A stretch of DNA of 64,000 bases from Paragordius varius. Its lineage: Eukaryota > Animalia > Nematomorpha. Position numbers and translations under genes: made by a program. The notes beneath the pieces are model-generated. The model saw nothing but the letters and a program-made list of their open reading frames with translations. It was not told the origin of the DNA and did no database searches. The stretch covers positions 3,720,001-3,784,000 of the forward strand of contig OZ176052.1 of the NCBI GenBank assembly GCA_964247055.1, read 5' to 3'. Positions 48,424 to 64,000 of this stretch are shown piece by piece (position 1 is the first letter of the stretch; every line of letters begins with the position of its first letter).

Positions 48424-50710
48424 ATACCAGCTTTCCCTGTCACGCTTCGCTGTGACGTAGTCTCACCGATAATTATTCTTAACATTTGCAATAAATAATG
48501 GACATAAAAAAATAAATAAAAACATATTTAATAAAAAGAATGTCTATAAATATTCTTTTGCGGGTTTTTGCTTAGGCAATATTGGTCACTCAAAATCGAC
48601 CATATTTAAACTTTCCATTATTAAATTTTCAACTATCATTGGATTTATTTTAAGATTTTCGTTTTACCAAATTATGGTTAAAAGTTTTATTTTAATATTG
48701 TGTTCACACATCTGGGATCAAATATATATATATATATAAAGTAAATCATTTGTGGTCCCTTTTTAAAGAAAAGAATGACATTATATAAATTCCCCAGAAA
48801 TGTGTTTAATTGAACTCGTATGGCTTCTTAAGTTTCTTGAAAATCACCTCCAAAACCACGCCTTTTTGTATGGCGTCTCAGTTTAAACCGGTAGACCCCT
48901 ACCCATAGACCTATATGGAAAAAACGCTGAGTTAAATTCTTTGCCTTTATAGGTAAATTATTGGAATCATCTTTGATACCATTATCTCATGGGTTATTCG
49001 AAAAAATACCTCAACACTACTTTATAGGGTGGCGTTTTATATTTTCTGAAAATTAGCTCCAAAACAACGCAAATTCTATATAAAGGCGCAGAATTTGTGA
49101 CGGGTCTTGCCCAGAGGCAGGTATAAAAAACCTTGGGCAAATTTTTTGCCTTTATATGAGGAATATTTGGAATCTTTATGGATTCCATATGTTCCGAGAC
49201 TAGGTTTTCTGAAATTTGGCTCCAAAGGCATGCTGTATCGATATGGTGACGCAGTTATAGGCGGGTAGCCAGGGGCGAAACAAAAACACGCTCGTTTAAA
49301 ATTTTTGCCTTAATTTGGGTAATACCTGGAATAATGATTAATACCAAATGCTATCGTGGGATATGAAAAATTGCCTCAAAACCAAAAAGTCATTCTATGG
49401 TGACGCTCAAGGGCCTAATAAAGGGGTAATTTAATAAAACGCTCCTTAAATTTTTGTCTTTTTACGGGTAATACTTCAGGCCCTTAAAAAACTTTTATGG
49501 CCTGATAAGTTTTCTAAAATTTGCCCCAAAGTCACGCTGTATCGATATTGTGCGCAGGTGTTGGTGGGCCCTATATTCAGAGGCTAATATAAAAAAGACG
49601 TTCGATAAAAATTTTTGCCTTTTCCTTCATTCCATATGTTTTAATAGTTTTTGGAAGAATGACTACAAAATTAAATAAATAATAGTTCAATGATAGCGCA
49701 TTTTTTAGGGCGCAAGGGAATCAACGGGTAATTTAAAAAAACCGCTCGACTTAAATTTTTGCCTTTTTACGGGTAATATTTCAAGCCCTTATTGAACTCA
49801 TATGGCCTGATAAGTTTGATTAACTCCTAAACAACGCATTTCGATATGGTGGAACAGTTTTAGACGGGTAACTCCCTATTCAGAGGCTGATACAAAAAAC
49901 GCTTGATTAGAATTTTTGCCTTTTTACGGATACCTGGAATTATGATGGATTTCATATCCCCTCATCAGTTATTGGAAAAATTTCAAAACTGAAAAATTAT
50001 TCTATGTTGCGCATTTTTCAGGGCGTGAGGGCCTAATTAACGGCTAATTTTAATAAATCGCACACCCTAAATTTTTTCCTTATTACGGATATATTTTAAG
50101 CACCTATAGAATATGGCCTGATAGGTTTTCTGAAATTTAGCACCAAAGGCACGCTATTTCAATATGACGGGGCAGTTGTTAGCGGGTATCTCCTTACCCA
50201 GCAGTCGATATAAAAAACGCACAACTAAGATTTTTGCCTTTTAACACAAAATGCCTAGAATCCTCATTTATTTATACGGTCTTATACCTTGGGCGAAAAA
50301 TAGATTCAAAATTTTTTTTTGTGGACTTATTTTTTTGAAAAAAATGCATTTTACGGGGGAAGGGGGGGGGGGGCTGGGGGTAAAAAGAGGGCCTAAATCA
50401 AAAAAGCGAGCCGACTATGTTCGACGCAATCAAAAAAGGTAAAAAAAATCATGTTTGAAATCGAATGGTCCAACAGGTTTTCCGGAAAATTGTCTCAAAG
50501 ACACGCTTTTTGTGGACTTCTGTTTTCAAAAAACCCGTTTTTTACACGGGATGGCCCGAAATGGGGGCCTAATTCCAAAGGCGAAGCTGTCAGGGCATTC
50601 ATTAATGATTATATTTTTTGGACATTTGGATTTTATGGGGTCTACCGGTTTTCCGGAAACAGATCACAAAGCCAGCATTTTCCATTTTTATTATAAATAA
50701 TAGCAGACTA
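48424..50710 (+). mobile_element. Probable non-autonomous Helitron/Helentron-type element containing the tandem array
   Basis: 5' ATACCAGC...GTCACGCTTCGCTGTGAC hairpin; perfect 15-bp inverted repeat AAACCGGTAGACCCC (48885-48899) / GGGGTCTACCGGTTT (50637-50651); 3' end CCGGAAACAGA...TTTTATTATA. The resemblance is from memory only. Confidence 0.4.
48830..50245 (+). repeat. Diverged tandem array, ~150-160-bp monomers with alternating A/B (~305-bp) higher-order structure
   Basis: AAAAACGCT...AAATTTTTGCCTTT recurs about nine times (near 48935, 49140, 49300, 49460, 49610, 49755, 49910, 50070, 50230). Alternate units share GGTTTTCTGAAATTT..C.CCAAAG.CACGCT.TATCGATAT. Confidence 0.88.
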
Positions 50711-52184
50711 TTTGCAGCCAAACGGCCATTTGGAGTTTGATAAATATAATAATTTAATAATTCAATTTCTTGCCCTTGGAAACCATAATGTGTGAATCAA
50801 ATATTCCGAAGAATATCGCGACTATGAATAGATAAACAAATGTAAATCATATTTGGATAGAATGATACTGCACATTTTTTACACTATTGTTTTAAATTCA
50901 GGATTTTTATGTATCATCCTGTTTGTAGAGTGCGCACCAAGGTTAATTTGCACAAAGCCTCAAAAATACCATTGATGAATTCATATTTTATCCTACGCTT
51001 TTCAAAAAATCGCTAAAAATATTTTCGGTTTAGTTTTTTGTGACGCTAACTTTTCTGAAGATAGGTCAAACTCAAAAAGAATTTTAAATTTGGCACGACC
51101 ATCATCGACAAAAGATATGTATGAGGCAATTAAGATGATACTCCCGACGCTTTTTTAATTACGAGTGATTTAAAGGCGAATTATACAGAAGGTTTAGTAT
51201 CCGATAAAGCCCAATTATTATCTCTATTTTTACACAGTGTGCTCAAAATATCATTATATAGTATAGATAAAATAGATGAGTGGAGTGGCGAAATAGAGCA
51301 TTTATAGTTTAATCCTTTGAGACTATTATCATTCATTTTAGATAAATATTTAAACGATTTTTTCCATTTGAGAATACATTTTACACAACACGCGATATTA
51401 AAAGAGATATAATTAATCACGGTCTGAAGAACAGATTGATATTATTTTGGAATGAAACCTTTAGCTTTCACCAAAAATATGTAGTTACAAAAGATGTGCT
51501 CCTATTTTGCCATTTTCTGATATAGAGCACTTACCAAAAAAGTATAAATAACTTTCTTTTATTACTCTTAAGCGCCGAAACCCAAAGTACTGTAATAATC
51601 CTGATATATTTTTTTATCAAAATAGATTATATATTTAGACAGGCTATTTTTTTGTGGACACATTGTAAGTCACAAAACTGAAAAATTAAAGTATTTTTAT
51701 TTAGCACATGAGAAATATGTTTAAAAATTTAATTATAACCAAAAAAATTTTCAAGCTGTAGTTTATTAACATAATATAAAACCATCCTCAACTAGGACAA
51801 AAAAGTAAAAAGGTCATGAAGTGTTTATAATTTTTCAGCAGTTATAAATTACAAGTTTTATAATGACCGAAAATTTTCTGCATATTGCATTTGAAAAAAA
51901 ATCAGAATCAGGATCGACCTAAAACATTTTGAAAATAAAATTTTATACTTTTATTTATTTTGGCTTTCTTTTAATTATATAATAAATTTTAGCCTATTGA
52001 GAAAAACATTAATGGGATTTTTATAACACCAACCTTATAAAAATACCCTAAGGCTTTATTCATATCTTGCCAATATTACCACATGAACACAATACCATAT
52101 AATTTTACCTTGTGTACATATCTGACTTATCGGTTTTATTGTGAAGTTTAGATTTTTGGTTAACCCTTTCAATTTATTCTAATA

Positions 52185-55100
52185 ATGGACAATAAACACA
52201 ATATCGATTTGAATTCAGGCGCTGATGATGATTATTATACGCATGGCGTCTTGCATAAATCTGGTTATGACCATGTTATTGGTAATTCATCTGGAGGATC
52301 AGGAGGCCGTAATTCCCCCTTAGTCGACTTCGATGATGATAGTAAATACTACAGTCATGAAAAGCCTAAAAATCCAAGTTATACACCATCTCATAGAACT
52401 GATGATATAATTGGAGGTGGAGACAGTTATAAACGCCCTGATAGACCTGAACATCTCCCAAACCATACTATTCATAAATATAACGGTATTTTTAATTATT
52501 TTTATTATAAAAATATACTTAATTGTTATATCAAAAACAAATTATATATATTTATTTAATTGTATAAAGATTTTACCACAACACATAAAACATCACCGAG
52601 TCATGACGGAGATTTGATAAATGTGGATCATTTAAAGGAACGATGTAAGTTTAAAATTTTATAAAGTAACCAATTAATTTGAACTATTAACATCTCTTTG
52701 AAATAGGTTTTGGATTTTTATATATAATATTTTTTTAAAAAATTTTAAATATGGTCGATTTTGGTTTCGGCTTTGGCAGTATAAATGGCTTTGTGTACTA
52801 TTTTTATATTGTTTATAATTTGATAGATTTATTATTGTCCATTTTTATATAAATCATTGAAATATATGCGTTATTTTTATAAATCCATATCATCCATATA
52901 TTGGTTTGTGTTGCAATATGCATTATGCCTTAGGAATCGTTTTTTTAACAATAATAAACGTAATTACTTTGTAATCAATAAAAATACATTTATAAAAAGG
53001 GATTATTTGGATGTAATCATTTTTATGGAATATGTTTATTAAAATTTCAAAGTTGATGATTTATTTCGAATAAAATTTTATGTTACATTAGGGTTTTTTT
53101 AAATTCAGATTATGAAATTGTTTGATTTTTCAAAATTTTAGTTTGGTAACTTTTACCTTGTTTTGGTGATAATATGGTAGTTGGTATTATAAATTATGTA
53201 TATAAATAAATATAAATGATATAGCCCGGACGTATTAGTTGATAAGGCGAATACGTGATCGTGATTAAGTTTTTCTTTCAATTAATTAAACTTGGTGTAG
53301 GTTTTATTAAATGTTTCCTATCATTTCAAATTAGTAGTATTTTGATTAATAATGACTCACTATCTGTTAATATATATTCTATGGTAACCAATCCAATTTT
53401 ATATTTTGGCTACATATCATAGTCTAATTTTAAGATTCCCATCAGCTTTATTTTTCATTATACATTCTTTTACCACATTTCTCTGGGTCGTATTAGGCAT
53501 TTAGTAAATTATTCATATCATACCAAAAATGATTTTTAATGTCCAAAATTTATATCTTCATACATGATACATTTGACCAAATGCGTTGTTGAAACGTTGT
53601 TGCCTTTTTTCTTCATATGAATCTGTATTTAGTATTTTATCATTAGTATTTGTGTGAAACGAATTCCTTTCATCGATTTTTTACCCCTTTCCACATCACA
53701 CCACCATTTGTAGTTTTAGAAGAGAATGCATGATAGCACATTTTTCATACATTCCCTTTTCCATTATTTCTATTGTTGAAGTACGCATTTCACCACCTGT
53801 CTATTACTACTATATAGCCAATATTTCTAGCTTAAGTTTCAAACTAATTATCTTAACAAAAGATATGGATGGCATTTATCAGCTTTTCTATGTGAAGGTA
53901 GTTTGTATGTATTGTACAAGGGTCAACAAATTCAAACATTTAATTGTTATTTATTATGAATTTTTTACTTGAAGTTACATATCGATTTTTGAAAACTATA
54001 TATATTAGGTTAAACTAATAGTTATTAGTCATTTTTTTGTTTCATTATAATTAATTAAATTATATTCAAAAAATTAATTAATTTAAAGATTTTCTATTAA
54101 AATAATTTTTCGATAGCGAAAAAAGCAACATGTTTAAATGGACACATTACAGTTTTAATTTATGATTTAACGTAAACAATGAGAGCTCCTATTGGTCATT
54201 TCCGTTTATAATTGGCTCAAAGGAAATTTAATTCACATGTCTGTTGATATGAGATTTTTGATTTTATCAGTTACATTTTTTGAAATTTGTTCCGATTAAA
54301 AATGACAAAAAATCTATTACATACCAAGAGACTTGTTAATTAGCTCCCCGTTTAGCCAATTAAAAACCTAAATGGCTAATAACACCTGCTCTTATCACTG
54401 TAAAAAACCAATATTCATTTTTTCATTCATTTTTCATGATAGTCAAAGATTTAATTTATTGGCGCGATGCACGTATCAGTGGATCAATTCTAGCCCTCTT
54501 TCTAGTCCTTTTATTCACGCTTTCCCATTACTCCATCATCTCGATTATTGGGTATTTGGGTTTAACCGTTTTGGGCGCTTGTGTTGCCTATTACGTTTAT
54601 CAGAATCTCATGCAAACGCTAAACAAAACTAAGCAAGGACATGTGTTTAAGTATGTGATAACTTTTTTAAACTTTAATTACAGCTGCTATAAAATTTGTT
54701 AAATTTGTATTATTATGCGAAAAATTTTGGTAGTTATTAACCAAAAAGTATATAGGAAAATTATAAAAAACCATTTCACAATTTTAAACGAAAAAGTATC
54801 TAAATTATCGCGAAATAATATTGCAAGGAAAATAAATCTTTTTGTATTCTTACGCAAGTTTAATACAAGCCTTGGTACGATTACTCAAACCCCATATAAT
54901 ATTACATCTTTATTTGTTTAATCATTCATATGTATTTTTGTGATTCAGCACATAAAACCCATTTCATTTTGTTACACCTTGTAGGAAATGGTAAATTTAA
55001 TAAAATAGTAATTACCATTATAAATAATTATTAAATAAAAGTTAATATTTTGAATGTTTGGATTAATTAAAATTTTATAATTTTCTTTCCGTTGTTTAGA

Positions 55101-56131
55101 GATTATTTGGATCAACACATTAATATATCGCCCGAAACTGGTCGACGCGTTAGCGATAAAGTGGTTAAACATTTGAATACGGGATTGCGCAAGGCTAGAA
55201 ACGTCTTTTTGGTCGAAGATGTCATGAGTACTATAAAGGTTTTTTTAATTTACCATATATAGTTTAGCACCATACAGTAAAAATATTGAAATGAATCACA
55301 AGAATTAAAATATGTTGCCTAAAATTTAATAAATAATTTATTATAAAAACACTATACAAATAACAAGAGGCATGGTTATCTTAATGGCTATAATGTAATG
55401 GCTTAAAAATTTGAGTTTTATTAAATAATTTCGCATTCCTCAATCTTTTTGAATTTATATTTTTGGATAATACTTTATCACACTATCATTTTGAAAATAA
55501 TCTTAGTTTGGTTTTGTCCTGTGGGCCATGACATATATCGGAGCCTATTTCAATGGATTAACACTCTTTGTTTTATGTAAGTGAAATATCATTATTTTAA
55601 ACAATTCTTATTCGTACTCTTAATTTTGTTTATTTAGTGTTTGTCGGTTTGTTCACTATTCCGAAAATTTATCAAACGTATCAGGTATTAATTATTTTAA
55701 TAATTTTTTGATATTGGATTTTTTATATATATTTTTAAACTATATTTTTCAATCCAATTTAGTCTCAAATCAACAAGGCTTTTTACCAAGCAAGGGTATG
55801 TCATAAAATTACTTATTTATAAATATCATAAAAGAAATACTTTTTTTGACATTTACAAATTGGTAAAATTTTGAAATATGAATTTTTACAAAAGTTACAT
55901 TTTAAACACTCTGCTAATATATTGATTGCTTATTTATTTATTTTGACCATATTTTTTGTCTATAGGATATTGTGGATCACAATAAAGATATAGCAATGAA
56001 GAACATTAAAGACAAAGCACAAATGTATATATATGTTTTTTTTAAAAAATTGATTGTTTTCAGATTGGTTATATAATTTATTTTTCATTTTTAGGGTCAA
56101 AGACAAGGTTTCCCACATGAAAAAACAATAA
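52185..56131 (+). CDS. RTN: Reticulon (RTN1-4/Rtnl1-like), 9 exons, ~322 aa
   Basis: Exons 52185-52485, 52570-52644, 54443-54650, 55100-55238, 55507-55576, 55638-55684, 55763-55795, 55966-56024, 56095-56131. Reticulon homology domain motifs: DLIYWRD, FLVEDVMSTIKFGFVLWAMTYIGAYFNGLTL, FTIPKIYQ. Confidence 0.93.
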
Positions 56132-57969
56132 ATTGTAATCTATATGTGTGTTTTACAATATTCCAATCGTAATTAGAAAACTATAGAACATAAAATATAC
56201 CGCCGCTAATATAGCCAGCTAAGCTGTTTTTAATTTGACAATATTTTGACTTTTCTTTATATATAAATTTTGGTAGTTTAACATCTTGTTAGAGATTGTT
56301 TAAACTATTAATTTTGGGCAATATTGTATCATAAACATTCATTCACTTTTCAACACAATTTAATTTTGATTAAACAACATGTACTCTTCTCCCCCCTTAA
56401 ATGCAATCTAAATTACCAATTGCGATATATTATCAATGTTGAGATGTTTTTAATTGTTTAATTTTTTATTAAATTTACATATATTGCTATATTTGTCTTT
56501 AGTAATAGAAAATACTTTATATAAGCTTGAGCTAAATTTTGTGCACAATTTGTCTATTAATTTATTTTATCGTTTTACCTTCAAAAAAGATGTATGACAT
56601 AATAAAAACCTTAGAATACAATATTCAATTATATTTTTCAAATGCGAATTTATGTTTATACTGGGTAACTGACCCAAATTTTATGTTCTATTTATCAATT
56701 ATAAACATATACAAAGTATCATCTTGATTTTATGGTATTTTTAACGTATTTCTAATTATTATTATCTAAATAAATTGTGTTTAATTGCATATTTAACTTC
56801 GATTAAAACTATTTTTATCAGATTCATCGGATCGATTAAATCTGTAAATAGGTTTATAAGCTGTATAAAATTTTTATATTAAATATATATTTTTCGCGGG
56901 CTGGACAAAAATTTGCAGAAGGCTGCGCCTTTAACACCCTGGATTAAAGTTATACCTGAGGAAAAAATTCATTTATTATTCGAAATTTTTCATAATTCTC
57001 TTTTTAGCCATATTTGAATTATGATGAGATCTGGTTTTATTTAAATTAATAGGTCTATATTCACAAAGTTAAACTATTGTTTTAGGCCCCAAACTCGGCA
57101 TAGTAATTTAAAAAAAAAACGTATAACAACTTAAACCTTATAAAATAAATTTTGAGTATTAAAATAGTTTGGCTCTCTTAAATAATTGATTATTTTACAA
57201 AATATTCATCCATCATATGAATAAATAATTTATTGGGGGATATTTTGTCACAAGTGGAAAAATGTAACGAAACAATAATATTTAGTAATCTCGCCATAAA
57301 AATAATTAAAACGGTATGTATACTTTGAAGGTATGAAATAATGATGCATCAAATATAAGTAATTATAATAAAATATAGAATATTTGATACAAGATTTTGC
57401 AAACATAGGTCTAATAGAAAATTTTATATTATTTTTACTTAAACTGCACAACACAAATAAAAGGTATTGCTTTTTATATACATTTTAGGGATTTAGGAAG
57501 AGAGGGCAAATCTATATTCTTAAAAAGACTTCTTACAAAAAATTGACGTTTGAGACAAATAGTTTTAAAGCATGTGTTATAAGAACAAACCAAAATTTAC
57601 AAATAACTTTATAAAATAGCTCAGTTGTCTTTGTATTATACATAAAATTTATGGTAAAAATATCACAATAAGAAGGACAAAAAAACATAAATATTTAAAA
57701 ACGAGCGACAAAAAAATCCAAAAATTATTTTATAATCCACTAAAAATTTGGAAAAGAACAAAAATGATTAGATATTGCATGTGACAAATTTAATTAAAAA
57801 ATTTCATAAAATAATAAGCGGTGTTTAAAATATTTTACAAGCTGAGACACACACGTAGACATATTAATATCATAGAATCTTGTAATGTAGATTTCTATAC
57901 AGTATTTTTTCGAAATATTTTAAACTTCTCGTATAAAAACCATGGTAGTAGACAAATAAAATTGTAGTA

Positions 57970-63807
<5,838 letters not shown>

Positions 63808-64000
63808 CTATCCAGTGCTTATTCAAATGAAACGTAAATTTTTTCACAATAATCAATTCTTATCAATCGAATAAAATAAATGGAGAATTACATATATTGG
63901 TTAATATTAGATGTTTATCATATGTATTAACGATTTGGTCATGTAAAAATAAGTTAAGTTTAAGTCATTTCTATATAGTGGTTATCGTAAAATGCGATTA

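Noticed and set aside
48994-50700. Short ORFs at 48994, 50251, 50451 and 50455
   Set aside because: They lie in the tandem array or element flank, overlap in several frames and have no protein motif.
53865-53897. MDGIYQLFYVK as a short-isoform first exon of reticulon (like RTN4-C MDGQKK…)
   Set aside because: Its donor is phase 0 but the RHD exon needs phase 1; the similarity is probably chance.
55763-56024. Mutually exclusive reticulon exons
   Set aside because: On recount the first exon is 33 nt and phase 0-0, so both can be included together; reported as a cassette exon instead.

Overview
AT-rich animal (invertebrate-like) genomic DNA with many short GT-AG introns. No rRNA, tRNA or CRISPR array was seen. 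By reading splice sites and checking exon phases I could assemble eight protein-coding genes. In order: a ClC-3/4/5-type Cl-/H+ exchanger (-), head-to-head with V-ATPase V1 subunit C (+) with only 125 bp between the ATGs; a Dok-7-like PH-PTB adaptor (+); a BTBD9 orthologue (-) extended by a ~1,480-aa Asn/Ser-rich tail; two divergently paired small genes with no family I recognise; a reticulon (+); and the 3' part of a SERCA Ca2+-ATPase (-). Intergenic DNA and introns hold several MITE/foldback families (hAT-, Tc1/mariner- and piggyBac-like ends) and a ~155-bp tandem array inside a probable Helitron-type element. A young Penelope-like retroelement with a 719-bp inverted terminal copy sits in a SERCA intron 9 nt from the next exon. 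Its terminal repeat carries a candidate variant hammerhead ribozyme, which reads in sense on the SERCA pre-mRNA. Gene models are manual and family calls rest on remembered motifs, not database searches.
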